Shown here: positions 1-10,418 of the stretch, piece after piece
How positions within the stretch are numbered: the first letter of the stretch is position 1
Layout: each line of letters starts with the position of its first letter
Source of the DNA: an uncultured Alphaproteobacteria bacterium
GTDB lineage: Bacteria; Pseudomonadota; Alphaproteobacteria; UBA7887
Assembly: GCA_902562525.1 (NCBI GenBank)
Contig: CACETT010000003.1
Span: 1 to 52,877, forward strand
DNA length: 52,877 nt
Reading direction: 5' to 3'
Made by a program: the position numbers and the translations under genes
The notes under the pieces: model-generated
What the model was told of the DNA's origin: nothing
The model's database searches: none
Seen by the model: the letters and a program-made list of their open reading frames with translations, nothing else

Positions 1-1110
1 GCCTTTTTCTTAAGGGTATCAAGCAAAGAAATTGAAATAGCCTTTGCATCGTGCGAGCGGGAAGATATTGCAGCACTAGAATTCGCAGCAGGTCGTATAG
101 AGGATTTTCATAAACGACAAATTCCTAGAGAGTTGTCATTTACGGACCAAGCAGGGTTGAAGCTTGCCACCCGCTGGACACCCATTCAATCCGTAGGCCT
201 GTATGTCCCTGGCGGGCAGGCTGTCTATCCTAGTTCTTTGCTTATGAACGCAATACCAGCGCGGTTGGCAGGAGTTGAGAGATTAGCAATGGTCGTTCCC
301 TGTCCCGGTGGAACTCTAAGCCCGTATCTTCTTGCTGCGGCAAAGATTGTTGGGGTGGAAGAAATTTATAAAGTGGGTGGGGCACAAGCGATAGCTGGCC
401 TGGCGTACGGTACTGAAACTATTTGCCCCGTTGATAAGATTGTTGGGCCGGGTAACGCGTTTGTTGCGGAGGCGAAACGGCAAGTTTTTGGTATAGTTGG
501 CATAGACGCGATTGCGGGACCAAGCGAAATACTAATAGTTGCAGATAGGGAGGCGGATCCAAGCTGGATTGCTATTGACCTATTATCGCAAGCGGAACAC
601 GATAAAGATGCTGTATGCACTTTGATAACTGATGATCTTTCTTTTGCACGAGCCGTGGAACAAAACATATTGGATCATCTAACGCGATTAGGACGGGCGG
701 ACATAGCGCGTGAAAGTTGGGAGAAAAATGGAATTACCATAGTGGTGGATGATCTCTTAGATTCGGCCATTCTGATAAATAGATTGGCGCCAGAGCACGT
801 CGAAGTGGCCTTAGAAAATCCAGACCCACTTCTAAAAAGGATCAAAAACGCTGGTGCTATATTTATTGGGCGTTATACCCCTGAGGCAGTTGGAGACTAC
901 GTCGCTGGTCCAAACCACGTCTTGCCCACAGCAAGGAGTGCTCGTTATTCTTCTGGTTTATCAGTGGTGGATTTTTGCAAGAGCACAAATTTGATCGAGT
1001 GTGATGCTTCGAGTCTTCGGGCTGTAGCTGAATACGGTATTACACTGGCTAAACGAGAGGGATTAGAGGCCCACGCCAAGTCTTTAGCCATAAGACTGGC
1101 GGATGAATGA
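1..1110 (+). CDS. hisD: Histidinol dehydrogenase, 5' end outside the window
   Basis: Frame is open from base 1 (AFFLRVSSKEIEIAFASCEREDIAALEFAAGRIEDFHKRQIP). Motifs VGLYVPGG, KIVGPGNAFVAEAKR, IAGPSE, DLLSQAEHD, APEH, GDYVAGPNHVLPT. The ORF-track start at 133 is internal. Confidence 0.97.
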   Translation, partial: AFFLRVSSKEIEIAFASCEREDIAALEFAAGRIEDFHKRQIPRELSFTDQAGLKLATRWTPIQSVGLYVPGGQAVYPSSLLMNAIPARLAGVERLAMVVPCPGGTLSPYLLAAAKIVGVEEIYKVGGAQAIAGLAYGTETICPVDKIVGPGNAFVAEAKRQVFGIVGIDAIAGPSEILIVADREADPSWIAIDLLSQAEHDKDAVCTLITDDLSFARAVEQNILDHLTRLGRADIARESWEKNGITIVVDDLLDSAILINRLAPEHVEVALENPDPLLKRIKNAGAIFIGRYTPEAVGDYVAGPNHVLPTARSARYSSGLSVVDFCKSTNLIECDASSLRAVAEYGITLAKREGLEAHAKSLAIRLADE

Positions 1111-1176
1111 TCGAGATGGTTTTACCGATGCCCTTGCGCTTAGAATTATTCTACTAACTGATTTTCGATAAGAGCT

Positions 1177-1680
1177 TTGAAAAATATAAAATTCGATGAT
1201 TTGAGTATAAAGTCCTACCGTATTGTTGAAGTTTCTCTTGATGAACGTAGTGTTGTTCGGTGGAATCCGGAAGTTGATAGGGAACGGAAGGTCGCGATTT
1301 ATGACCTTTTGGAAGAAAATTACTTCCAGCCTGTTGCCAAGATTCCCGGTCCTTATAAATTAATACTGGGGATAGAGGAAAATAGGTTGCTCTTCCTTAT
1401 TAACAATAATGCGGATACTACTGTTCAGGAGCGAATAGTGCTTCCGATGTCGGGATTGAGAAGACTGGTGAAGGATTATTTTACGGTATGCGAGAGTTAC
1501 CATAACGCAATAAAATATGCGCGACCTAGTCAGATAGAGGCATTAGACGTGGGGCGGAAGGGGCTTCATGATGAGGGGTCGCAAATGTTGTTAGATGCTT
1601 TGAGTAGTAAAGTAAGGATTGACTTTACGACAGCGAGGCGTTTGTTCACCTTAATATGTGTCATGCAACTGCGCAATTAG
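1177..1680 (+). CDS. UPF0262 family protein
   Basis: RERKVAIYDLLEENYF, IEALDVGRKGLHDEGS, TARRLFTLIC; usual position downstream of hisD in Alphaproteobacteria. Confidence 0.88.
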   Translation: MKNIKFDDLSIKSYRIVEVSLDERSVVRWNPEVDRERKVAIYDLLEENYFQPVAKIPGPYKLILGIEENRLLFLINNNADTTVQERIVLPMSGLRRLVKDYFTVCESYHNAIKYARPSQIEALDVGRKGLHDEGSQMLLDALSSKVRIDFTTARRLFTLICVMQLRN

Positions 1681-1862
1681 GGAAATAGGGGGATCCGGTA
1701 TAGTAATACGTGTTTATAAGCGCGATAATTTAAAGGATTTGTATCGGTGTGGATGATACAGAAGTTATTTGTTACAAACATTGAGAGTGTAGATTGGTTT
1801 GTAAATGGTCATGGAGTAGAGGCCAAATTTAGACACTGATGATATGAGTAATAGGAGATTTA

Positions 1863-2081
1863 ATGGCTAAAGAAGACGCGTTGGAGTTTCAGGGGCAGGT
1901 CACAGAGTTGCTGCCTAATGCAATGTTTAGGGTGAAACTAGAGAATGAGCACGAAATACTTGCCCACACTTCTGGGCGGATGCGTAAAAACCGTATACGT
2001 GTTTTAGCTGGTGATAAGGTTACCGTGGAAATGACGCCCTACGATCTTACAAAGGGTCGAATAGTGTTTCGACATAAGTAA
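1863..2081 (+). CDS. infA: Translation initiation factor IF-1
   Basis: [28 protein letters not shown]...[30 protein letters not shown]; AGGAG RBS upstream. Confidence 0.98.
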   Translation: MAKEDALEFQGQVTELLPNAMFRVKLENEHEILAHTSGRMRKNRIRVLAGDKVTVEMTPYDLTKGRIVFRHK

Positions 2082-2126
2082 TAGAGTGGTCGGTGAAAGA
2101 GTATTTATGAAATTGGTAGCCTATCT

Positions 2127-2708
2127 GTGAGTTCGAAAGAGTTAATTCTAGCGTCGGCATCTGATAGAAGGTACCAGTTGCTTAATCAAATAGGTTGTGC
2201 GCCTGATCTAGTTATTCCCGCGGATGTCAATGAAGCCAGACTCATTGGAGAAAGTCCCAGAGAGTTGGTTACGCGATTGGCTTTTTTAAAGGGGGAAAAA
2301 ATTTTTCGAGACCATAAGGAAGCAGTAATAGTGGCTGCTGATACAACGGTTGCTCTGGGCAGAAGAGTAGTGGGTAAACCCAAAGATGCGGCTGAAGCGG
2401 AGGCGTTCTTAACCATGTTATCTGGCCGGAACCATCGTGTGTATACCTCTATATATATTCGTTACGGTCGGTCAAATCGGCAACGTTGTATTCAAACAAG
2501 AGTTAAATTTAAGAAGTTAACAACTCTGGAAATTTCAAACTATCTTGATAGTGGTGAGTGGGAAGGTAAAGCTGGAGGGTATGCCATACAGGGTAAGGCG
2601 TCAGCTTTCATCATATCCATTGTTGGATCCTACACGAATGTGGTTGGGCTACCGCTATATGAGACTTATACTATGCTTTCCGGTGTGGGTTATCCAACCT
2701 CAGACTAG
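2127..2708 (+). CDS. maf: Maf family nucleoside triphosphate pyrophosphatase (YhdE-like)
   Basis: LILASAS-RR, AADTTV, GKP, GKAGGYAIQG, SYTNVVGLPL. Confidence 0.93.
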   Translation: MSSKELILASASDRRYQLLNQIGCAPDLVIPADVNEARLIGESPRELVTRLAFLKGEKIFRDHKEAVIVAADTTVALGRRVVGKPKDAAEAEAFLTMLSGRNHRVYTSIYIRYGRSNRQRCIQTRVKFKKLTTLEISNYLDSGEWEGKAGGYAIQGKASAFIISIVGSYTNVVGLPLYETYTMLSGVGYPTSD

Positions 2709-2729
2709 AAATCCTAGGGATGGACAACC

Positions 2730-4175
2730 ATGGGACAAGAAATTTACGTATTTGATTCTGTCTTAACCACCCGTATTTCTCTTACTAGGGATGGCTATCT
2801 AGAACTATTGTCTATTGAACCTAAAAACGCATCTTCTTTGGTTGAGGGTGTTTACTTAGGTAAGATAACTAAAGTAATCCCTGGTATCGACGCTGCTTTT
2901 ATAGATTGTGGAATGCAAAAGGATGCATTTTTAAATCTAGAAGGGGAGACAGAACGAAAAAATAAAGGTGGTCAGATCCATGATAAGGATATTCTTACGG
3001 AGGGTTCAAGAATTCTTGTTCAGGTAAAGAGCGATGAACGGGATGGGAAGGGGCCTAGGGTCAGCAGTGTAATCTCATTAGTCGGCAGATACGCTGTATT
3101 CAGCCCATATTCTGGGACTATTAGTATCTCTCGTCGAATAACTGGGAGCGATGAACGGGCTCGTCTCAATCTGGTGGCGAGTCAGAACAGAAAAGGGGAT
3201 GAAAGTATTTCAGTAAGGACCGCTGCTAGAGGACAGGGTAGTGATGAAATTGCCCATGAGATTAGAAAGTTACGACAAACTTGGGCTGATATTAGAGAGC
3301 TAAAGAGTTTGGCAGAATCAGAAGGAGTGCTCCGGCCCGCACCCACGGCGGCCGAAAGGTTTTTAAGGGACCATTTGAATGCAGAAGTTGTATCCATAAT
3401 GGTGAGTGATAGAAACAAGCTTGATGAGGTGAAAAGATACTGTAAGACCTATTATCCCGAGGCAGTGGGATTGGTTGAAGCTCCAACTGGCGAGCGCGCC
3501 ATGATGGTAGAGAATAGTTTGGAAGAACAGTTGGAGGAGGTCAGCACTTCTGCGGTCAGGTTGCCTTCTGGGGGTCGTCTTTATTTTGAGGAAACCCGAT
3601 CAATGACTACAGTGGATGTGGATACGGGAGATAATAACAGTAAGGGCAGGCGCTCCGGGATTGCTTTCCAAACAAATTTGGAGGCGGCTTCAATTTTAGG
3701 GCGGCAAATTCGCCTACGAAATATAGGTGGCCTAATCGTGGTTGATTTTGTCAGTATGAGACATGAAAAGGATAAAAAAAGAATACTTAATGCCCTAAGA
3801 ATGGGTTTTAATGAAGATAAATTTCCTGTGAGGATATCTGGTTTTTCCGAATTTGGCGTTGTCGAACTTACGAGATATCGACGGGGATGGGCTCACTCTA
3901 GCGTGATGAGAGAGGTTTGTCCGAATTGTGACGGCGATGGGACAGTGCAAAATATTCGTGCTGTCATTGATAACATTTTTGTGGCATTGGAGAGGGAAAT
4001 TTTCTTTTCCCAAGGGACCAAGTTCTCGGTTGTTAGTAATGATAGAACCATAGATTTTATGAAAAATTATGGTTTAGAAATTATTGATGAGATCGAGAAA
4101 AATAGAGCTGTGAGGATAGATTTAATGGTAGATGGCGATGTTGGGTACACGGATTTTAGGATTGTGTCAGGTTGA
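2730..4175 (+). CDS. Rne/Rng family ribonuclease (RNase G-sized)
   Basis: S1 region (VYLGKITKVIPGIDAAFID), TNLEAA, RQIRLRNIGGLIVVDF, Zn-link CPNCDGDG; follows maf. Confidence 0.9.
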   Translation: MGQEIYVFDSVLTTRISLTRDGYLELLSIEPKNASSLVEGVYLGKITKVIPGIDAAFIDCGMQKDAFLNLEGETERKNKGGQIHDKDILTEGSRILVQVKSDERDGKGPRVSSVISLVGRYAVFSPYSGTISISRRITGSDERARLNLVASQNRKGDESISVRTAARGQGSDEIAHEIRKLRQTWADIRELKSLAESEGVLRPAPTAAERFLRDHLNAEVVSIMVSDRNKLDEVKRYCKTYYPEAVGLVEAPTGERAMMVENSLEEQLEEVSTSAVRLPSGGRLYFEETRSMTTVDVDTGDNNSKGRRSGIAFQTNLEAASILGRQIRLRNIGGLIVVDFVSMRHEKDKKRILNALRMGFNEDKFPVRISGFSEFGVVELTRYRRGWAHSSVMREVCPNCDGDGTVQNIRAVIDNIFVALEREIFFSQGTKFSVVSNDRTIDFMKNYGLEIIDEIEKNRAVRIDLMVDGDVGYTDFRIVSG

Positions 4176-4363
4176 GTCATAAAGAGGAAGATGAGAAACT
4201 AGGTCCTGGAAGTAGGCATGGAGAGTGTCCAAGTTGTGGACGGAACGTATTATTACAGCGGGCGCCTTTTTGCAGCAGGAGATGTGCCCAAGTAGACTTG
4301 GGAAAGTGGCTGACAGGTACATATAAGATTAGCAGAAATGTGTTGGCTGAAGATGAGGAATAA
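4172..4363 (+). CDS. yacG: DNA gyrase inhibitor YacG
   Basis: CPSC...PFCSRRCAQVDLGKW zinc finger; 4-bp overlap with the ribonuclease gene. Confidence 0.9.
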   Translation: MSHKEEDEKLGPGSRHGECPSCGRNVLLQRAPFCSRRCAQVDLGKWLTGTYKISRNVLAEDEE

Positions 4364-4447
4364 GTTCGCATTAACAGCTCTTATATTTTTTAGAAAGATG
4401 TCCGTACATCAGAGAATGTGAGAAACTAGCGGCTATTATTAAGTTTT

Positions 4448-5341
4448 TTGGATTGGCTTAAAATGCAACTTAAAGAAGTTTTAGAAAGCGAGAGCAAGGT
4501 GCTTACCTCTTCTCAGAGAGAAGAGTATTTCCATCGTGGTTATCTTAAGTTAGAGGGCTTTTTGGACACAGCTTGGTTGACAAGGCTGAGATCCGCAAGC
4601 ATGAGATTTATTGAGAAAAGTCGACCGGTTTCGCGAAATAATGAGATGTTTGTTTTGGAGAACGGCCATTGTTATGAACATCCAAAATTAAGAAGGGTAG
4701 TTAGTCCAGTATCTCACGATAAAATATTTTGGGAATTTGCGTCAGAGTCTGTTATCCCAGACTTGGTGGCAGATGTCGTTGGGCCCAATGTTCGTTTTTT
4801 TCACTCCAAACTAAATTACAAATGGGCAAACGGGGGCCAGAGATTTGAATGGCACCAAGATATCCAAGCTTGGCCGCATACTAATTATAGCCCTGTTACG
4901 GTTGGGGTGTTACTCGAGGATGTTAATATGTCTCAGGGGCCCTTAACTGTTGTTAAAAGGAGTCATGTTGGGCCACTGTATGACTTATATGATAATCGGG
5001 GAAATTTTGTAATTCGTATAGCAAAAGAAAAGTTAGGCTGGGTAACTGAAGCATTAAAAGATTATATGATAGGGCCTGCTGGCACAGTTTTTCTCTTGAA
5101 TTGTCGGACTATCCATGGCTCCGATGTAAATTACTCCAGCTCGTCAAGGCCGCTCCTTTTGAATGTTTACTCGGCGGCTGATGCTTTTCCTTACTCGGCA
5201 AACCCTATACCAAGTATCTACGATGGCACCATAGTAAGGGGGGAGCGTGCTCGTTGGGCCCACCATGATCCTAGGTCCTGTCAGGTGCCGCCAGATTGGT
5301 CCGCCGGATATGTGGGTCCCTGGGCTCACCAATCTAAGTAG
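4448..5341 (+). CDS. Phytanoyl-CoA dioxygenase (PhyH) family Fe(II)/2-oxoglutarate dioxygenase
   Basis: HSKLNYK, WHQD (HxD), RTIHGS (distal His), RPLLL. True start may be the ATG at 4463. Confidence 0.88.
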   Translation: MDWLKMQLKEVLESESKVLTSSQREEYFHRGYLKLEGFLDTAWLTRLRSASMRFIEKSRPVSRNNEMFVLENGHCYEHPKLRRVVSPVSHDKIFWEFASESVIPDLVADVVGPNVRFFHSKLNYKWANGGQRFEWHQDIQAWPHTNYSPVTVGVLLEDVNMSQGPLTVVKRSHVGPLYDLYDNRGNFVIRIAKEKLGWVTEALKDYMIGPAGTVFLLNCRTIHGSDVNYSSSSRPLLLNVYSAADAFPYSANPIPSIYDGTIVRGERARWAHHDPRSCQVPPDWSAGYVGPWAHQSK

Positions 5342-5361
5342 CTATCGAAGAATACAAATTT

Positions 5362-6165
5362 TTAAATTTTGCTCCCTAACAAGGACGCATTTTCTTCCAA
5401 TTGTACAGGTTCCCAGTTTGTGGAGCGAGCATATTCAGGGCGAGGGTTGTCGACTTCCCGCGGCCTATTGTTAGTGGGATTATAGCAAAAATACACCTGG
5501 CGCCTGTCTTCGGCCGATAAGTTTTGTCCGGACGAATGTAATAAGTTGCAGTGAAATAATACAGCGTCTCCTGGGCAACCTGTTATAGCTACAGGTTTTC
5601 TTCCTTGTTTCAAAGCGCGTTTTATATCTTCAGTTGGGGTGGAGTAGAAGTTGTAAGCGGTACTTTGGTCCCATTGTGGGTCAATCCTTCCTAGACGGTG
5701 GCTGCCAGGTTGAAAGTGCAAGCACCCTCCCAACTCTGTAGCTTCGTCTAGCATGATCATAAAGGTGACAAGATTTGGCTCTAAAATCCCATCGAGTTTC
5801 CACTGACCAAAATCTTGGTGCCAGGGCCATACGCTTCCTTCAATTGCGCCTTTAATATTAATTTTGCTGTGATGAAGATACAAATCTCTTGTCCGTAATA
5901 CTTGTTGAGCCGCACCTAATACTCGCGGTAGGCGTGCTGCCATTACATAGGCTGGCGAGGTCGTGGGTGACTCAGGATCGTGCATCCGCAACATTATTTT
6001 TGGGGTACTAGTTTTGTTCTCCTTAATAATCCCCTCAGTGTCCAACTTTGCGATTCGTGCTGCCTCTGTCTGAAGCACAGTGATTTCTTTTTGTGAAAAA
6101 AGATTTCTAAGGATCAAATAGCCATCTTGGTCAAAAGATATAATTTGTTTTTCCGTGAGGGTCAT
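5362..6165 (-). CDS. PhyH family dioxygenase, ectoine/proline-hydroxylase-like branch
   Basis: FDQDGYL, HHSKINIK, WPWHQDFGQW, PGSH, LLHSSGQNLS--DRR. Confidence 0.86.
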   Translation of the reverse strand: MTLTEKQIISFDQDGYLILRNLFSQKEITVLQTEAARIAKLDTEGIIKENKTSTPKIMLRMHDPESPTTSPAYVMAARLPRVLGAAQQVLRTRDLYLHHSKINIKGAIEGSVWPWHQDFGQWKLDGILEPNLVTFMIMLDEATELGGCLHFQPGSHRLGRIDPQWDQSTAYNFYSTPTEDIKRALKQGRKPVAITGCPGDAVLFHCNLLHSSGQNLSAEDRRQVYFCYNPTNNRPREVDNPRPEYARSTNWEPVQLEENASLLGSKI

Positions 6166-6206
6166 ATTTCCCCAAAACCTCCCAGAGTGCAGAATTTAAT
6201 AGGATA

Positions 6207-7721
6207 TTAATGTAATGCAAAATTCTCACGAAGCAAACGTTTGAAGATCTTTCCCGAATCCTCGCGTGGAAGTTTACCGTAAAATTTAACGATTTTTGGC
6301 ACCTTAAAGCCCGCTAAATGATTAGACACGAAGCTGCGAACCTCGGCCTCCTGTATCTTGATACCGGGCATAAGCTCAATTGCTGCAACTAATTGCTCGC
6401 CAAACTCTGGGTCTGGAATTCCAAACACGGCACAATCTCTAAGGCCTGGCATAGTGATCAATAGCGATTCAATCTCCGCGGGGTAGATATTCACACCCCC
6501 GGAAATCACCATGTCGGCTTTCCGGTCGGCCAGGTACAGGTATCCCTCCTCTGTAAGCCGTCCGCGGTCTCCATTGGTAATTAGTCCACGGATCTCAATG
6601 TTTGCACGTTTGGCGCTATCTTTGTGATAAGTAAAACCCGGACTGAAAGGCATATTTACATAGATATCTCCAATCTCTCCTGCTTCCAAATTATCGCCGT
6701 TTTCATTTAGAATGTGCACTTCCGTTCCAGGCAATGGCTTGCCCACCGTCCCTTTTTTCTCGAGCCACTCCTGACTGTTTACTACGGTAATTAAGCTAGC
6801 TTCTGTTGAGCCATAGTACTCATGGATTATTGGTCCCCACCAATTAATCATATCCAGCTTTACTTGTGGTGGGCAGGGTGCAGCCCCGTGGACCACACTT
6901 TCAAGACTAGATAGGTCATACTTTTGTTTTTGCTCATTGGTTAGTTGGAGTAGCCGGACAAACATGGTGGGAACCATGTGCATATGCGTTATTTGGTAAC
7001 GTTCTACCAATTGTAAACATTGCTCAGCATCGAATCGTGGCATCAAAATCAGGCTACCGCCCAGTAGAATGACAGCACGTGCATAAGCGTTTGGAGCACT
7101 GTGGTACATTGGTCCAGTCATTAGAGCTCTTATACCTTTCCGCAGTGCAAAGCCCAGCGCTAATCTTTCCATCATGGACGATTGGAGTTCGGGAGATGCC
7201 GGGAATCTTCTTACCCCTTTCGGATCTCCGGTTGTGCCCGATGTGTAAAGCATGCTTCCACGGGCGGGGAGGGGAGTTTCAGACCACTCTGTTTGGGCCT
7301 CTCTCCATGAATCCCAGTACAAAGTATTTTTAGAAAGCTGAAAATCCCTATCTGATGCGGGGTAGGCCAATTGTATTTCCTGGGGTGGGGTCACAACGAA
7401 AATCTTTAGATTTTGAAGAATATCCCTTCGCAGATTCGGCAAAAGATCGGTGTGAATGACGAGAGCTTTGGCCTCAGAATTTTCAATAATATAAGTGGTT
7501 TCTCGTTCTTTATAGTGCCAGTTTATTGGGACGGAGTAAGCTCCGATGAGACTAGCAGCAAACGTTGCTTCAAGAAACGGGAAGTCATTTCGGAGCATGA
7601 GCGCAAAACTATCTCCATCTCCAATACCAAGCTGAGATAAGCCTTGCGCTGTGCACAAAACACGCCTTTGAAACTGACTTGAACTTAGGGAGCGTGCCCC
7701 GCTGATAATCATTTGTTCCAT
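6207..7721 (-). CDS. Acyl-CoA synthetase (AMP-binding family)
   Basis: YTSGTTGDPKG, EYYGSTE, TNGD, DRKADMVISGGVNIYPAEIE, SGKIFKR. Confidence 0.93.
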   Translation of the reverse strand: MEQMIISGARSLSSSQFQRRVLCTAQGLSQLGIGDGDSFALMLRNDFPFLEATFAASLIGAYSVPINWHYKERETTYIIENSEAKALVIHTDLLPNLRRDILQNLKIFVVTPPQEIQLAYPASDRDFQLSKNTLYWDSWREAQTEWSETPLPARGSMLYTSGTTGDPKGVRRFPASPELQSSMMERLALGFALRKGIRALMTGPMYHSAPNAYARAVILLGGSLILMPRFDAEQCLQLVERYQITHMHMVPTMFVRLLQLTNEQKQKYDLSSLESVVHGAAPCPPQVKLDMINWWGPIIHEYYGSTEASLITVVNSQEWLEKKGTVGKPLPGTEVHILNENGDNLEAGEIGDIYVNMPFSPGFTYHKDSAKRANIEIRGLITNGDRGRLTEEGYLYLADRKADMVISGGVNIYPAEIESLLITMPGLRDCAVFGIPDPEFGEQLVAAIELMPGIKIQEAEVRSFVSNHLAGFKVPKIVKFYGKLPREDSGKIFKRLLRENFALH

Positions 7722-7848
7722 CCCAAAATGCTACATAAAAGAGGGCAAAAACTAAATAGTCTTATTAGAGTCTGGGTGCAAGATCGCCATAACTCAGCCA
7801 TAATTACTCTTAAAATGGGCCTGACGATGTGTAGGCTAGGCAATTTGT

Positions 7849-10323
7849 ATGAATTTATCACGAAATTATAACGGAGGTGGGCCTCGTCGCTTCAGGGTGC
7901 TGCGTTGGTTGTTTGCTGTTAGCGCCGTAGGCGCTCTACTATTGATATTGGGGGGGATAGGCCTTTTATTCTTTACGTTGCACCATTTTAGCAGAGGATT
8001 GCCAGAATACTCTCAACTGGCTGACTACGAACCTCCCACCTTAACACGCCTCCATGCGGGCGATGGACGTCTTCTCGCTGAATATGCTCGAGAACAGCGT
8101 GTATTCGTCCCAATCGAAACAATCCCAGAATTGCTTGTTCAGGCCTTTGTGGCTGCTGAGGATAAAAATTTTTATGCTCATCAAGGAGTAGATTTTGTTG
8201 GTGTTGGGCGTGCGGTAATTCAGAATATTATAAATTTTAGCTCGGGGAGGAGACTTATCGGGGCTTCCACAATTACTCAACAGGTAGCAAAAAATTTTCT
8301 CCTTACTAACGAAGTTTCGCTCGACCGAAAAGTTCGTGAGGCCATGCTTGCTATAAGAATAGAACGCGCCTTATCGAAGGATAGAATTCTGGAATTATAT
8401 CTGAACGAGATATTTTTAGGCCAAAGGTCTTATGGGGTTGGCGCTGCTGCGCTGAACTATTTTGATAAGTCTTTGGCCGAGCTTGATTTGGCGGAAATAG
8501 CCTTTCTAGCCGGTCTCCCCAAGGCTCCAAATAGTTACCATCCTAGTCGTAATATGGCCGCTGCATTAGGTAGGCGTGATTATGTTTTGGGCCGAATGCT
8601 AGAAGATGAATACATAGAAGAGGAGGAACTAAAGCGAGCAGGTGGCGCCCCCATAGAGTTAGTGCCCAGAAATCAGGCAGAGGTAGTAAATGCTCCATTC
8701 TTTGCCGAGGAGGTGAGAAGGGAAATCAACTCAAAATACGGGACGGATGCCCTGTATACGGGAGGCTTGTCGGTTCGAACTACCTTGGATCCAGTACTTC
8801 AACGTGTCGGAGTTCGTGCCTTACGAGATGGTCTAATCAACTATGATCGCAAGTTTGGCTGGCGTGGACCTCTAGGACAGCTAGATATAAGTGCTGATTG
8901 GGCAATGAATTTGAGGAAACTTGATAAACCGCTAGGATTGGGTCCGTGGCTGCTATCGGTGGTTCTTGATGTTCAGGCACTAGAGGTAACAATTGGATTT
9001 CCAGATAGTACACGGGGTAAAATACCATTATCTAATTTGGTGTGGGCAAGGCAGGCACGGGAAGGACAGCGTTTAGGGCCAGCTGTAGAGGATGCCAGGG
9101 ATGTCTTGTCGTTGGGGGATGTGGTGTTGGTGAGTGCCTCCCAAAGCGATCCGCAAATAGATATGGAAGGTCTCAAAAATTTCGATTTATGTCAGTTGCC
9201 GGAGGTTGAAGGCGCACTGGTTGCTATAGATCCTCATACGGGAAGGGTTCTGGCAATGATAGGTGGATGGAGTTTTGAGGAAAGCCAATTTAATAGGGTA
9301 ACTCAGGCCCGACGTCAGCCCGGATCTGCATTTAAACCGTTTGTTTATATAGCTGCGATAGAAAGGGGGTACACTCCATCAAGCCTAATCCTTGATGCCC
9401 CATTTGTAGTTGATCAGGGTCCTGAATTAGGCATGTGGAAACCAGAGAATTATGGGCGGGAATTTGGTGGTCCAGCAACTATGCGGGTAGGTATAGAAAA
9501 ATCAAAAAATTTGATGACAGTCCGATTGGCAAATACAATTGGTATGAGGAGTGTGTTAGATGCTGCGGCCCGGTTTGGATTAGGGAAATTTGAGCCGCAT
9601 CTTTCGACGGCCTTGGGTTCAGGCGAAACGACCTTGCTGAGGTTGACGTCAGCTTACGCCATGTTGGTTAATGGGGGTCGGAGAATCGAGCCTGCTTTTA
9701 TTGAAAGAATTCAAAATAGGAAAGGTGTCACTATAGAAAGAAGAGACACTAGGAAATGTAGGTTGTGCGGTTTTCCCAATGCATCCCCTGATGCGGTGCC
9801 GCAGTTAAATGATATCCGTGAACGGATTACTGATTCTGCTTCCGCATTCCAATTGACATGGATGTTAAAAGGGGTTGTGGAACGGGGAACGGCGCGCAAG
9901 GTTGGAAAACTTGGACGCCCTTTGGGCGGAAAGACCGGTACTACCAACGACAGTCATGATGCTTGGTTTATTGGATTTTCCCCTGATCTAGCGGTAGGAG
10001 TGTATATCGGATTTGATCAACCTAGAAGCTTAGGCCCTAGACAAACTGGTTCTAATGTTGCGGCTCCAGTTTTTAAGCAATTTATGGAGGGAGCGATGCA
10101 AGGAAAACCTGCTGTCCCGTTTAGGATTCCGAATGGGATCCGTATGGTCCGTATCGATGCCAATACTGGAACTTTGCCTGGGCCACGTAGTAAAAGAACT
10201 ATATTGGAGGCTTTTAAGCCGGGTAATGAGCCTGTCGGCGCTCCTATAATTTATCGAAGGGACGATGGAAATTTAGAGAGGATCGAAGAAATACCACTGG
10301 GTGACGACAGCGGATTATACTAA
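7849..10323 (+). CDS. mrcA: Penicillin-binding protein 1A (transglycosylase/transpeptidase)
   Basis: N-terminal TM helix, AAEDKNFY, GASTITQQVAKN, RKVRE, QPGSAFKP (SxxK), SKN (SxN), KTGTTN; upstream of prfB. Confidence 0.95.
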   Translation: MNLSRNYNGGGPRRFRVLRWLFAVSAVGALLLILGGIGLLFFTLHHFSRGLPEYSQLADYEPPTLTRLHAGDGRLLAEYAREQRVFVPIETIPELLVQAFVAAEDKNFYAHQGVDFVGVGRAVIQNIINFSSGRRLIGASTITQQVAKNFLLTNEVSLDRKVREAMLAIRIERALSKDRILELYLNEIFLGQRSYGVGAAALNYFDKSLAELDLAEIAFLAGLPKAPNSYHPSRNMAAALGRRDYVLGRMLEDEYIEEEELKRAGGAPIELVPRNQAEVVNAPFFAEEVRREINSKYGTDALYTGGLSVRTTLDPVLQRVGVRALRDGLINYDRKFGWRGPLGQLDISADWAMNLRKLDKPLGLGPWLLSVVLDVQALEVTIGFPDSTRGKIPLSNLVWARQAREGQRLGPAVEDARDVLSLGDVVLVSASQSDPQIDMEGLKNFDLCQLPEVEGALVAIDPHTGRVLAMIGGWSFEESQFNRVTQARRQPGSAFKPFVYIAAIERGYTPSSLILDAPFVVDQGPELGMWKPENYGREFGGPATMRVGIEKSKNLMTVRLANTIGMRSVLDAAARFGLGKFEPHLSTALGSGETTLLRLTSAYAMLVNGGRRIEPAFIERIQNRKGVTIERRDTRKCRLCGFPNASPDAVPQLNDIRERITDSASAFQLTWMLKGVVERGTARKVGKLGRPLGGKTGTTNDSHDAWFIGFSPDLAVGVYIGFDQPRSLGPRQTGSNVAAPVFKQFMEGAMQGKPAVPFRIPNGIRMVRIDANTGTLPGPRSKRTILEAFKPGNEPVGAPIIYRRDDGNLERIEEIPLGDDSGLY

Positions 10324-10418
10324 GTTCAGCTTGTTGTGTAAGCTTATCTAGAAGTCAGCTAATGGTTTAATCAGTAATAAGTTGTTTTTACGCTCGTATA
10401 AAGAGGAGACAATCAATA

